Positions 32,027 through 43,627 are shown, numbered from the stretch's first letter. The stretch: DNA of 64,000 nt from an uncultured Methanoregulaceae archaeon (GCA_963705255.1 OY970061.1:2496001-2560000); one strand, 5' to 3'. A program made the numbers and translations. Notes: generated by a model from the letters alone, not told the origin.

Positions 32027-33315
32027 TATATTGCCTCTCTTCGATCTATCACTCGTTTTGCTTTGCCCTCAAATCTAGGCAGCGATCCGGGTTCGACAAA
32101 CTTCACCGTAGTCCTGAGTTCCAGTGCATCCCGCAATTCCTTGACAACGTTTTTCTGGAGTTTTGCAAGGTCAGCAAGTTCTCCGCTGAAATAATCTCTG
32201 TTGATCTCCACTTCTACAGTCATCTCATCAAGATGATTAATTCTGTCAATATATACCATAAACTGATTTCCCACTTCGGGTATTTTCAGGAGTACATGTT
32301 CGATCTGGGAGGGAAAAACATTAATTCCTCGAATAACAAGCATGTCATCGCTTCTTCCTGTTATCCGGGCAATCTTTTTACCTCTCCTGCAAATGCACCC
32401 GTCTTCCATGAGCATACTCACATCTCCTGTGCGGTACCGCAGTAATGGCATCGCCTCTTTTACTAAGGGTGTTACTACAAGTTCACCCCGTTCTCCATCT
32501 GCCAGTTGATCTCCCGTTTGTGGATCGATAATCTCAACAAGATAACAGTCATGCCAGATATGGAGGTCGTCCCTTTCCTGACATTCGAATGCGACGCCCG
32601 GCCCGAAAAGTTCGCTTAACCCATAGGAATCATATGCAGTGACACCCAATCTTTTTTCAAGCGTTTTTCGTATGCTTTCTGACCAGGGTTCAGCACCAAA
32701 AAGACCCGTCTTCAGTGAGTCAAGGGAGGTGTTCATCTCTTCCGCGACTTCTGAAAGGTGCATAGCGTAACTGGGAGTGCAGTGGATTGTAGTCACGCCA
32801 AAATCATTAATCATCTCGATTTGGCGTTTTGAATTACCTGTTGCACTCGGGATAACCATCATACCGATTTTTTCCGCTCCGTAATGAAACCCAAGTCCAC
32901 CGGTGAACATCCCGTAATTCACCATGTTCTGGAAAACATCATTTTTGGTGATCCCTACCATGGTCATATTCCGTGCAATGAGATCAGACCAGATGTCTAG
33001 ATCGTTGCGAGTATAGCCGACAACAGTGGGTTTTCCCGTGGTTCCTGAAGTCGTATGAATCCGAATAATTTTTTTTAGAGGAACTGCAAAAAAACCAAAT
33101 GGATATCCGTCCCTGAGGTCTTGCTTTTTGGTAAATGGTATTTTTGTTATGTCTTCCAGCGTCCTGATCGAAGAACTTTTTATTCCCACTTCAGCAAGGC
33201 GTTTCCGGTAAAACTCAACATTTTGAACCTGATTCAACGTTTTTTTCAGACGTTTCAGCTGAAGCGCCTGCAAATCGCCAGGTTTCATGGTTTCAATTTT
33301 TTTATCCCAGAACAT
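32026..33315 (-). CDS. paaK: Phenylacetate-CoA ligase family protein (tandem paralog)
   Basis: HTTSGTTGKPT, YGLSE, GRSDDML. Confidence 0.9.
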   Translation of the reverse strand: MFWDKKIETMKPGDLQALQLKRLKKTLNQVQNVEFYRKRLAEVGIKSSSIRTLEDITKIPFTKKQDLRDGYPFGFFAVPLKKIIRIHTTSGTTGKPTVVGYTRNDLDIWSDLIARNMTMVGITKNDVFQNMVNYGMFTGGLGFHYGAEKIGMMVIPSATGNSKRQIEMINDFGVTTIHCTPSYAMHLSEVAEEMNTSLDSLKTGLFGAEPWSESIRKTLEKRLGVTAYDSYGLSELFGPGVAFECQERDDLHIWHDCYLVEIIDPQTGDQLADGERGELVVTPLVKEAMPLLRYRTGDVSMLMEDGCICRRGKKIARITGRSDDMLVIRGINVFPSQIEHVLLKIPEVGNQFMVYIDRINHLDEMTVEVEINRDYFSGELADLAKLQKNVVKELRDALELRTTVKFVEPGSLPRFEGKAKRVIDRREAI

Positions 33316-33507
33316 AAACGCTCCCCTGTTATGCTATCACACGCTAAATGTAAGTATACCGCTTTCTACGGTTTATATTCACCGAAATTGATGAAATACC
33401 CTCCTGGTAAACTCAGTAAGACTCTTAAGAAAATTGGCAGAGAACCGCGCAATACGCTAAAACGATGAATTAATCTGTGGAAATGTGATAGTATTTAGAT
33501 AACTATA

Positions 33508-34458
33508 TTGTATTTTCTGGAGTTGATTGGAACGGACTATCCTTGGTTGTCGGTAACTGGGTTTGGCGCTCATATCAAATCGACCCAGAAACTATTGATT
33601 GTCCAGAAAAAAAATAATTACGAACAATTTCCGATAGAAACTGTCAAGAATCTCCTCGTTATTGGCGGACATACTCTCAATACAATGACTGTAATCCAGC
33701 TCGTAAAAAATGGCGCATTTATCTCCTTCTTTGAAGCGGATGGCAGTCCTGTTGGAACAATCCAGCCATTTGGTGATCGGAGCATAGCAAAGATTCAGGA
33801 GATCCAGCAGTCTATTCCACGGCAGCGATATGCAATAAAAATTGCCCAAAGTTCAATAAAATCCAGGCTGATGGCCATTGAGCGAATCGAAGAAAATCAA
33901 AGAATCTCTCTTTTTTATGAGGGTGAATTAGAATTTCTCCTCAAGTCTCATGATGAACTGGCGTTTCTTATCAAGCTGGATGAGATTCGCCGGCTCCACA
34001 GGCTTACGTCAGATATGTATTATGAAATAATGTCGCGAAATACGCCACCGGAATTTGGGTTCAGAAGAAGGACGAGCCGCCCCCAGTTAGATCCCATCAA
34101 CGCCATGCTCTCAATTGGATATGCGATGTTATATGGGAATTGTTGCGTTCCCGTCGTGGGTTTACATCTCGATCCCGATATCGGCCTTATCCATGATAGC
34201 AGGGGGAGCCTGGTTCACGATCTTATTGAATCCTTAAAAGCAGAAATGATTGATCCCATTGTGTTTCAGGTTGCACGCGAGAAACTTAAATCCAATGATT
34301 ATGAACAAACAGCAACCCGTTGTATACTGTCAGATGATCTCATTAAACAGATGATCGGGATGCTATATAATACAATAAATAATAAAAAAATCAACGAGCA
34401 GGTGATCAATTTCTGCAATTCGATGCAGAATAACACGGAATTCAAAGTTCTGTACTGA
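33508..34458 (+). CDS. cas1: Solo Cas1-family protein (no cas2 or array in the window)
   Basis: N-terminal beta domain, FGFRRRTSRPQLDPINAMLSIGYAML, LDPDIGLIH, SLVHDLIE. Confidence 0.88.
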   Translation: MYFLELIGTDYPWLSVTGFGAHIKSTQKLLIVQKKNNYEQFPIETVKNLLVIGGHTLNTMTVIQLVKNGAFISFFEADGSPVGTIQPFGDRSIAKIQEIQQSIPRQRYAIKIAQSSIKSRLMAIERIEENQRISLFYEGELEFLLKSHDELAFLIKLDEIRRLHRLTSDMYYEIMSRNTPPEFGFRRRTSRPQLDPINAMLSIGYAMLYGNCCVPVVGLHLDPDIGLIHDSRGSLVHDLIESLKAEMIDPIVFQVAREKLKSNDYEQTATRCILSDDLIKQMIGMLYNTINNKKINEQVINFCNSMQNNTEFKVLY

Positions 34459-34735
34459 TGCGGCCGTCGCTTTTAATTATCGAAAAATCATTAAATTGTT
34501 TATGAGGAATTTCAGTGGTCCGCAGGTCTCTGATTATTGCACGGGGACAACCATAAACCATTGAAACAAACTTTTCAAGGATTATAGGTTCTCCAGTAGC
34601 GCAAATATGCACTCGCCCATCAGCAAGGTTGATCACGGTTCCGGTTACATTCAAATCAGTTGCAATCCGTCGCACGCAAGCCCGGAATCCTACTTTCTGA
34701 ACTCTGCCACTTATGAGAATCTCTATAGTGTTCAC
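34442..34735 (-). CDS. acyP: Acylphosphatase
   Basis: ISGRVQKVGFR and GTVINLADGRV. Confidence 0.85.
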   Translation of the reverse strand: MNTIEILISGRVQKVGFRACVRRIATDLNVTGTVINLADGRVHICATGEPIILEKFVSMVYGCPRAIIRDLRTTEIPHKQFNDFSIIKSDGRISTEL

Positions 34736-34736
34736 A

Positions 34737-37700
34737 TTATAACCCCTGCATGATTTTTATTGCAATTCCAAGTTCGTCGAACACTTCGTCCCGTATAGAT
34801 GATTGCCGGATATTTGTTGCAGCATCTATTGCAAAATCAAGAATTTCCTGTGCTGTGCGGTCGCACCCAGCGGAATAGATTTTCAAGGCGATATCGCACA
34901 TCACAAAGGATCTTCTTGAAAGCGGCCGAATTATACGGGCTTCTTTTATCGAATTCTGGATCATCCGGCGCGAAACCTTTTCTTCCCCTTTCTCTCTGAA
35001 AAAAACTGCAAGATTGCAGAAAAAAATTGCTTCTTTCCCCCGATCCGCAACTGATCGAACCAGTCGTTCAAGCGATGTAATCTGATTTGGATGAATACCG
35101 TCTGTCACCATCTTTTCTGACAGTGCCTTAATTTTTAAATAAAGCGGGGGAATATCGTATGCTTGAGTGTATCCCATTTTTTTAAGACGGTCAAACCGCA
35201 AATCATCATCCTCAATTGATTTTGTAATCTGGATAGCCAAAGAGAGGAACTTATTATCGTTATTTTTTTGGTAGAGCATGGAATAGATCCGGGCAATATT
35301 GTCGCGGAATTTATCGCCAATTGATTGAATGTTAATTTTCTTGGTTAATGTATCAGTTTTTTTAAGAAGAGCAAGGGATGTAGCATCGTCAGAGCTTTGT
35401 AATGGAAGAGGGATGATATTGAGGAGGGTGATAGCTTTCTCGTATGGTGAAGAGATCTTCTCTGCTGCGTTTTCCATAAAATGTAACAAATTACTGCATT
35501 GATCTTTGTCTTGCCGAACTATACCATAAACTGCAATAAGGGAATTAATGTACTCTACGGGATCGGAAATTTTTTGAACAACTTCCAAAGCGACATTAAT
35601 CCATTCAGAATCCGGCTCAACTGCATTCAGACTGACTATTGCGAATACAACCTGCCTGCGAGCCATTGCATCTTTGTCAAACTCGACCCGGTCCAGTTGC
35701 TGTATTCCTTTTTTTAGGCATTGTGAGGCAAATTTTGCATCGAATCTGCAATACAGTGTTGTCAGATCAGAGAGGATCAATACTTTCTGGTATTCTGCAG
35801 GCAAACTCACGAGATCTTTAAAAATATTGTCCAGAATCTGATATGCCTTGTTATAATCATGGATTATTATCAAGGAATCCGCCAGGTTGCATAATCCCTT
35901 TAGTTTTAGATATGGATCGTTGACTAACTGAAGAACCTGAAACCGCAATCTGAAAATGACCGGGTTTGATTTGGATGCATCATTTCTGTAGAGGAGTGAT
36001 GCCAGAATCTCATAAGGATCGGTAGAGTTAGGGCTGAGGATATCATCATCAAGACTTGAAATAATCCGGGACATCATTGCATCCCGTTCGTACGAATTTT
36101 CTATTTCAATGGCATACATTACCATGGGTATTATATAATCTCGGTTATTGCTGGCTCTTGAATATGATATGATTATATCAATTATACCGGCAATCTTGAG
36201 CGAGATTTGAGGGGATTTGATATTGTGTTTGATAATCTGAAGTCCCCGTTCGAATGGTTGAAGTGCTGATATGAAATAATCCTCTAATTCTGAAAATCTG
36301 GAGTCTTTGATAAGAATGCAACCGATTTTCACGAAACATTCAGTCTATCCGCTCAAACAATTGTGCTTTGAGCGATGGATCGTTAATATCCGAGGCAATA
36401 AGATGAGCATCTTCAAGAGCATCGGGAGACTTTTTATCGATTGCATATTTTATAACTCCATCGATTATATTTGCCATTGCATATGTCGCAAGATCCTTTT
36501 CGAGAAGAGAACTGCTCCAAACTTTCATCCTTAAAAGAAGATCCAGATCTCCCTGCTGTGCAGCGAGAATTGAAGCATCATCGATTATGCTACTCAATGT
36601 TGCGGATCTTGTGCTCTGCCCATCAATCTCGCACGTGAGGCCGACTGCTCTCTGGAGGAAATCTCGGTTTTTTGTTCGTACCCCTATTTTTGCTATTTTA
36701 ATGACGATATTCGAAATTGCTCTTTCTTTCAATGATTGTTCGTCAATCGATTCGGCAAGTTGAATGAGAATTTCGGGATCATATATTTCCAGAAATCCAC
36801 GATCAATAAGAATCGTTATGCTTTCAAGAATGAGATTGTCCTTTTTTGGATGCATACCGATAAGATTTTTAATCGACTGACTATGTTCTATAACATCTTT
36901 GAAAGAGTTCTCCTTACTAACTTCAATTATTGCCCTGTAGATTGCATTATTGGCAACGTCTTTTTTCAGACTTATAAGAATGGCATTTTTAATTAATGGA
37001 ATGCTATCATTTGCTATCCCTTTTTTCAGCAAATGTGACAGGCTGTCCGTAAATTGGGGGAGGTTTTCAATCTCATGAGAAATTTTTCCAAAAATTTCAA
37101 GAGCGGAATTAAAATCACCCGAAGAAAGCATAATCTGGGAAAAATGAAGGTAAATCCGTGACAAAATTAGACTATTACAGTTTTTTTCGATGAGAGGAAT
37201 CAGATCCGTCAAGACTTGCATTTCATTAGAATTGAGGGCAACTGATATTCCAGCACGAACGATCTCTCTGGTTGGACACGTCTCCGTCTCAGATTGGTGC
37301 TCGTGAAGTTTCAGTGCAGAGGAAAGGAACCATTTATCCCCCGATCGTTCAGCCTTTTTCAGGAGATCCAGGACAAGGGTAGCAGCTACCTCGGGTTTAT
37401 CATCGCACAATGTCTGTAGTATATTGATAATTTGTTTCTTTTCTTTGACACGTTCCAGTAGCTGTTCCGTCAGAGAACTTATTATTTCGAGATATGCATC
37501 GTGAGTGACGTCGTTAAAATTATTCATAAAGAGGGGAATATCCGTCATCTCTTTACTGAAACCGGATTTCGCCCCTTTACCTATGATGAATGAAATACAG
37601 TCATGACGTCGTATTTTCTGATGAATATCTGTTGCGCTGCTGATGCTCTTAAAAAATGACGATCGATCCTTTTTCAAAATGGAAATTGTTGCCAATGCTT

Positions 37701-38295
37701 TTGCAAGTTCTGCATGGAGTACTGCCCGTTTTGATATATCCCCAATATCTTCAATTAAATGGAGGGAGGTGTAGAGAAGTTGTTGATCGCGTGTGGTTAT
37801 TGCCCATACGATTAGCAAAGGAATAATATCAATCATTATATTAGATCGATATTTTCTGAAACTTATCCGATCAAGCATAATCATGCCAGTTCCTATAAGT
37901 TCAGGATCCGTTTTTGACACTCCTGCTTCAATGAGATCACGGGCAATCATTGCGAAAACTCGTGACTGATCGCTTTTTTTATTCAGTTTTTCAGAAAGAG
38001 AAGATACAGATTCTAGCCAGGCATCATCTTTTGTTAAAATATATTGTTTAATAATCTGAGAAAAAAGATTATCAATTTCATTATTTTGGGGATTGGGGAG
38101 AGATAATAATAATGTTGGTTTATTTTTTTTCAGTGCAATCTCAATAATTGCCTTATTAATATTGATAATTAGATTCTTACGGCCTTTGGATCCTTTCGTA
38201 TGTTGGATATTTTCAATAGCCGCTGCAATATCTTTCCAATCCTCTACAGGAAACGCACGTTGTATTTCGTCAAAAATTTCTTCGGATCGGACCAT
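34737..38295 (-). CDS. Large (about 1,185 aa) alpha-helical repeat protein, split by a +1 frameshift near 36344
   Basis: Two adjacent ORFs (651 and 531 aa); deleting one base reads LFERIAECFVKIGC. Repeated helical-hairpin units such as I.DP..K/R..L..IA. Confidence 0.75.
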
Positions 38296-38556
38296 TCATT
38301 ATCACAAGTTCAATATTGCTGAGTAAACTCAATTTGACTGAAATATTAAATAAATTTTTTGATATCATTTGCGTGCAAATTTTTTTTTTTGGTTATAATG
38401 GGCATTTATTATCGAATTTGACAAAACGTTCAATAATATTGATTAAATTTCAAAATACCGATTTTTTTGAATATTTTCAAATTTCATTTTGACGATAATA
38501 ATCAGGATTAAATCTGGAAAAATAGAATTTGATTTTTGCCCGATGATCGTTATTTC

Positions 38557-39921
38557 TTATTGAACGATCTTCTGTATCTCCTGTTTGAGCTCCTCGTGAA
38601 ATGCAATACCCGTTTCACGTTTTTCAGAATCTATAATAATCCGTAAAATTGGTTCGGTACCGGAAGAACGGATCAGTGCCCAAGAATCACCCTTAAAAAC
38701 TTTTAAGCCGTCGGTGCGATCAATCGGGTTTTGAGAATAGAATACGCTGAGGGCCTCTAATATTTTTTCACCCTGTGGAGTGGCAATCTTGTCTTTTATA
38801 ATATGACGTTTGGGTAACTGTTTTACGAGTCCTGATAGTTTTTTTCCGGTTGAAGCAAGAATAAAGACCATCATTGCAGCGCTCATCCCCCCGTCGCGAC
38901 AGAACTGGTGATCAGGGAAAATGAGCCCGCCGTTACCCTCACCCCCGAATATTACGTGCTCTCCCTGGGCAATGAGTGAGAGCATTGTACGGGCGACATA
39001 AATGCTACCGACCGGGGTAAAAGTAATAGAGCAATTTTCTTTTTTGGCTATCATCTCCACTATCTGTCCCGTACTCACAGGTGTAACAATTGTTCCTTTA
39101 CTCTGGCGGCAGATATGTTGGGCTACAACCGCGAACTCCTGATTTTCTTCAACAAATTGGCCTTTTTCATCGATGAATACAGCGCGGTCAGCGTCACCAT
39201 CATGGGCTATACCGAATACCGCCCCGCTACTGACTACCAGAGAAGACAAATTCCGAAGTCCTTCCTCAGAAGGCTCCGGTAAACGACCGGGAAACGTCCC
39301 GTCCAATATACAATTGATGGTAATCACGTTGCATCCCATCAGTGAAAGTATTCGTGGGGTAGTAATACATGCAGGACCGGAACCCGGATCTACAACTACT
39401 GTCATTCCTCTTCCAGGTTTACCAGTGAAGTGGTTCGCCACCGCTGTAATATATTTTTCAATAAGGCGGGGAGCGTTCAGATCGTGGCCAATGTGATCCC
39501 ATGTGTGTGTTGAAAAGGGTTCATCGAATATCAATTGTTCTAGTTTCAGGGTCTCCTCATCCCCCATTTCTGTTCCATCCGGTTCAATGATCTTGATGCC
39601 ATTATATTCCGGGGGGTTATGGGACGCTGTAATCATTGCACCCCCATCAAACTGTTCTTTGACAAGGTATTGGAGTGCCGGCGTGGGAAGAATGCCGCAG
39701 TCTACGACATCGCAACCTGCCGCAAGCAAGCCCGATTTGATGGCATTGATGTAGGTTCGACCAGACGTACGGGTGTCCCGCCCGACAGCAATTCGCCCTT
39801 TCCGCATTGTTCCAAGGGATGCCCCGATCTTCATTACAAGTTCCGGTGTAAGTTCTTTACCGGTAATACCCCGAACCCCGTTTGTCCCGAACAACCTTTT
39901 CTGGATCTTTTTCGTTATCAT
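38557..39921 (-). CDS. glmM: Phosphoglucosamine mutase / phosphohexomutase
   Basis: LFGTNGVRG, TASHNP, HDGDADR, GGEGNGG, RSSGTEP. Confidence 0.9.
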   Translation of the reverse strand: MITKKIQKRLFGTNGVRGITGKELTPELVMKIGASLGTMRKGRIAVGRDTRTSGRTYINAIKSGLLAAGCDVVDCGILPTPALQYLVKEQFDGGAMITASHNPPEYNGIKIIEPDGTEMGDEETLKLEQLIFDEPFSTHTWDHIGHDLNAPRLIEKYITAVANHFTGKPGRGMTVVVDPGSGPACITTPRILSLMGCNVITINCILDGTFPGRLPEPSEEGLRNLSSLVVSSGAVFGIAHDGDADRAVFIDEKGQFVEENQEFAVVAQHICRQSKGTIVTPVSTGQIVEMIAKKENCSITFTPVGSIYVARTMLSLIAQGEHVIFGGEGNGGLIFPDHQFCRDGGMSAAMMVFILASTGKKLSGLVKQLPKRHIIKDKIATPQGEKILEALSVFYSQNPIDRTDGLKVFKGDSWALIRSSGTEPILRIIIDSEKRETGIAFHEELKQEIQKIVQ

Positions 39922-39941
39922 TTTTATCCCCGCTATTTGTT

Positions 39942-40358
39942 TCAAGCCTGAAAATCTTCAAAATGATGAAGCGATTTAATTACTTCGTCTACCGTGGGAT
40001 TACGCAAAATATACTGATCGACCGTAAGATTACCGATTACAATTTTGGGGAACGACCGCTCCTTGTAACCTTCAATGATAGCGTAATCTATCCGGTGAAA
40101 AAATAGCATACGTAATGTATCATCAAGTTGGTTTTTCCGGAATGTAATAACGGTCTTGTTCGCATCTATCCCGACGGTGATATCTGCCCCGGCATCATAA
40201 AAGATCGTCGTGTCTTTTCCCTCTTCAAGGAAATAGTCATGATCCCCAAGATGCTTTATAACCGCAACCTTGCCATATTTTTTGAGCTCGGGAATAAGAT
40301 TTTTGATAAATGTGGTTTTGCCGGAGTTTGATCTTCCAACAACCTGAATCACTTTCAC
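39942..40358 (-). CDS. mobB: Molybdopterin-guanine dinucleotide biosynthesis protein B
   Basis: GRSNSGKTT, VAVIKH, GKDT, IIEGYK. Confidence 0.88.
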   Translation of the reverse strand: MKVIQVVGRSNSGKTTFIKNLIPELKKYGKVAVIKHLGDHDYFLEEGKDTTIFYDAGADITVGIDANKTVITFRKNQLDDTLRMLFFHRIDYAIIEGYKERSFPKIVIGNLTVDQYILRNPTVDEVIKSLHHFEDFQA

Positions 40359-40361
40359 GGG

Positions 40362-41234
40362 TTATTTCTCCTCGCTTACGTGCTTAGTTTTTTGAGAATT
40401 TGCATCATCTCTTTCTTTACATAATACCATTTTTTCTTCATTTTCGTGAACACTCGTACGTTCTTGATCTGTTCTTAAAAAAATACTATGTGCTGATAGT
40501 CGATGAGATTGTGCTTCGCCAATCATGTCCTTATCAATACCAACAGTAGACAATTCCGTCTTTTCAATCAGTACTTGGACCGCATCTGTATCAATTACTG
40601 TCTTATTTCCACCATTTTTTCCAAAACCAGAAGGATCTGCAGGATCAGTCTCAGTCCCTTCAATTGACGTTGTTCTGGTATCTGCCATGTCAGATTCAGG
40701 ATTCGGGAGGTGATCGCGGGTATCGGTCTCTTCACTCCGGGTTTTGAGGATGGTTTTTGCCGCTTCGCCGACACTCCTCATTACCTTGGTAATGCGATCT
40801 TCAATATCGATCTCTTCATCGATGTCCAGTGTTGTCCCCTCTACTTCAAGGAGGAATCGCGCCACTTCGCTCGCTTCAAAAAGCAGATCGTCAAGTTCAT
40901 CAGTGGTAAAAAATCCGCACATAGCACCATAGAAAAAGGTGGCGCTTGCTTTACGAACTTTCTTTTTAAAAGAATTCCGTGCCTGATTTACAGCCTGAGG
41001 TGTATAGGTCTCTTCCATGAATGGAACAAGTTCCGGAAGATTTTTCCCGATAAATGTCATTTCTGCACCTCCGGATGTGCGAAAATCCGTACATAACCGG
41101 GCTAATGCCCACTCCCTCGCCGTGATGTACGTGCGCTTACGTAAAAACTGGTTAACTTTCCGATATGTTGCACCATCCACTTTTTTAAATTTTTTATATT
41201 TGTTGAGCTCCTGCCGGATATTTGCTTCGTCCAT
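40362..41234 (-). CDS. Conserved archaeal protein (DUF5806-like) with acidic disordered C-terminal tail
   Basis: KYKKFKKVDGATY, TYITAREWALARLC, VNQARNSFKKKV. Confidence 0.72.
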   Translation of the reverse strand: MDEANIRQELNKYKKFKKVDGATYRKVNQFLRKRTYITAREWALARLCTDFRTSGGAEMTFIGKNLPELVPFMEETYTPQAVNQARNSFKKKVRKASATFFYGAMCGFFTTDELDDLLFEASEVARFLLEVEGTTLDIDEEIDIEDRITKVMRSVGEAAKTILKTRSEETDTRDHLPNPESDMADTRTTSIEGTETDPADPSGFGKNGGNKTVIDTDAVQVLIEKTELSTVGIDKDMIGEAQSHRLSAHSIFLRTDQERTSVHENEEKMVLCKERDDANSQKTKHVSEEK

Positions 41235-42566
41235 AAATGATACTCCAGGATATCCTATTTGAGGCTCGGTTTAGAGATCAGTGGATTATTTGACTGTTTT
41301 GTATATAGCAATATGTGGTTTATTTCTTAAATAAGATCAATTATCATCCTGGCAATACTTCGATTTTCACATAGTTTTCAAACATTTTATGATTCACTAT
41401 GATGATCTGCCAATGATCATCCGGATTTTATTCATTCCTGAAATCAGGAAGGCAAAACGCAGATGGGAAAAGTCAGGGTTACTGCTCGTTGTTCTTTATA
41501 GCAGTTTGAATTTCTCATCGTGTCAGAACTTTGATGTGGCTCGAGTGGATGTGTAAATGGGCTGATGATCCCAGGAAGTTGCCCCGGGGAAGATAGTCAG
41601 CGATCATCATGGTTTCAAACATTACACCAGGAAAGGACGGTCATGCAGCTGGGAGGGTCTCGTGCGCCTTCATCTCCTTCCGGTCAGTTTTGCGAACCTC
41701 ATGTTAAGTGCCTGTTGCCGGTTTCATGGTACTGAATGGAACAGGAGTATCCCAGAATCAAAAGAAGGCCTATTTGAGAGCTCTTTAGTGAGTGGGTCCG
41801 GTCGAGTCACGATCGCGGGATCTCCGGCAGAGTCCTGCAGTGGGATCCGGCAGTGTTTGTGTATAGCAGCCGGCAGTTTACTATGGTCTGATAAACAAAA
41901 ATATCTTGAAACGGGGCTCAATTTAGCCTCCGTTTTAATACGACGACCACATGTTTGATCGTTTCCACCTAGAGGAATTCTACAAAATGGTCCAGTCGTT
42001 CATTTGCAACAAGGAGCATCTATATGCACAATCTTGCAGGCTGAACGGCAGGGCCTATATGCAGGATTGGAAAATCTGGAAACAGGGAAAATCAACGACG
42101 TAGAAAATAAATTGATAAATTTGGAAAACGGGAAACACAACGACAAACGACAGATTTGAAAATTTTGAAAACTTCGAATTAAAGAAATTTATCATCTGAA
42201 AAAACGCCTATAATTTGTTGATGAATTTTCTTAAATCAAAAATTCGGATAAAGAATGGAATCTTTTTTTAAAGTAGGATCTCCATTGGGAACGTGATCAT
42301 TTTTTCAAAAATTGATCTTTTTGTAAGGCGTGAAGGAGGTCCTCGTTTGCCAGGATGCCAGGGCCCTGGCCCCCTGCAGCAGCGGGGACCCGATTTTTGC
42401 ATTTCATTTCCAGTGGGGCGATCGCCAGATTCACCCAATAGTGATAATAAAATCGCTCAGCAGAAGCGATATCCACAAAAAATTAACCTTACTGGGTAAA
42501 TAGAATTTCATCAAAAAATCCTTAATAGTATATATCATCTGAGGGATTTATGTTACTAAATTCAAT

Positions 42567-43331
42567 ATGGATAAAATTCGTTCTTTCGATATGGGTTTCT
42601 GGATCCTTTTATTGGGTATATTTTCTATCTTTTGGGGGTGGATTGGTTTATTATTGGGTTTGAAGGAATTTTCAAGTTCCGGATTATATGATAGCGGGAT
42701 TGGGTTAATCGGTGTTGGCGTGGGATTTGTGGCCGTAAGTCTTTCTTTAAAAACCGATAAATTGGTTAAATCAATAGCTGATTTAAATTTTGATGAAAAA
42801 ATAGCAGCGATAAAAGGATATAGTAAAGAATTCAACCGTCATAAAATTGAAGACAAAAATGAAATTAAAAAAGGTTTAGATCGATTATATTGGGATTTAA
42901 AGGCAGTTTCTCATCTTAAAAAGTATGCTTCGAAAGAACAAAAGACTGAGTTAAGTGATACAGTTGAAGCAGCTATTTATCCGCCGAGAATTGATCCTGA
43001 TGATGAAGACCTTTACGATATTGACGATGATATCGAAAACTTAATTGAAAATATTAAAAAATTTATTGATCCATATGACTATAAAGCTCCTGCCATAGAA
43101 TCAATTTCTATTATGGAAAAAAAAGGATCTTTAACAGATAATCAAAAAATGATTGAATTGCAGATTGCCCAATTTGCTGTTACAATGATGATAGCGGTCG
43201 CTGCATTTTTTTATATTACATTCCCTGATGAATGGCCCTATTGGTTACGAGGGGGAATATCAATTGGTTCAGGTATAGTATTTGCAATTATTATTGCATT
43301 TATGTTTGAAAAAAAGTATATAAAGTCCTGA
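42567..43331 (+). CDS. AT-rich hypothetical membrane protein (2 TM + soluble domain + 2 TM)
   Basis: 254-aa ORF with hydrophobic segments at both ends; A/T-ending codons dominate. Confidence 0.7.
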   Translation: MDKIRSFDMGFWILLLGIFSIFWGWIGLLLGLKEFSSSGLYDSGIGLIGVGVGFVAVSLSLKTDKLVKSIADLNFDEKIAAIKGYSKEFNRHKIEDKNEIKKGLDRLYWDLKAVSHLKKYASKEQKTELSDTVEAAIYPPRIDPDDEDLYDIDDDIENLIENIKKFIDPYDYKAPAIESISIMEKKGSLTDNQKMIELQIAQFAVTMMIAVAAFFYITFPDEWPYWLRGGISIGSGIVFAIIIAFMFEKKYIKS

Positions 43332-43627
43332 CAATGCGGAGAATCAGGGCCTAGTGAGGCTCATAGTTTGATTCTATTGGCTTTTCCTGGTCCAGATGAT
43401 GAAAAGAAGGACAGAACTGAAAAGAAGCCTCATTTTGAAGGGTCGATATAAAGACTATAATAAAAAAATTTTCTATTTCCTTCAAGCCAATCAGCAACCG
43501 GCACAGCGCCAGGTTGATCACCTGAGGGTATTCTTTTGCCACGACCGGGGTCAAGTAAGTTGCTGTACAGTAGTCGATTGTGAGATGCTAGGATCTCTAA
43601 AATCTGCGGAGCAATTGAAAATTCGAC

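Noticed and set aside
33316-34735. Functional CRISPR-Cas adaptation module or casposon around cas1
   Set aside because: No cas2, cas4, repeat-spacer array, family B polymerase or terminal inverted repeats were seen; the flanks are housekeeping genes.
34442-34735. Small ferredoxin-fold ORF beside cas1 as a Cas2
   Set aside because: It has clear acylphosphatase motifs (GRVQxVGFR, NLADGRV), lacks the Cas2 N-terminal YD motif and is on the opposite strand.
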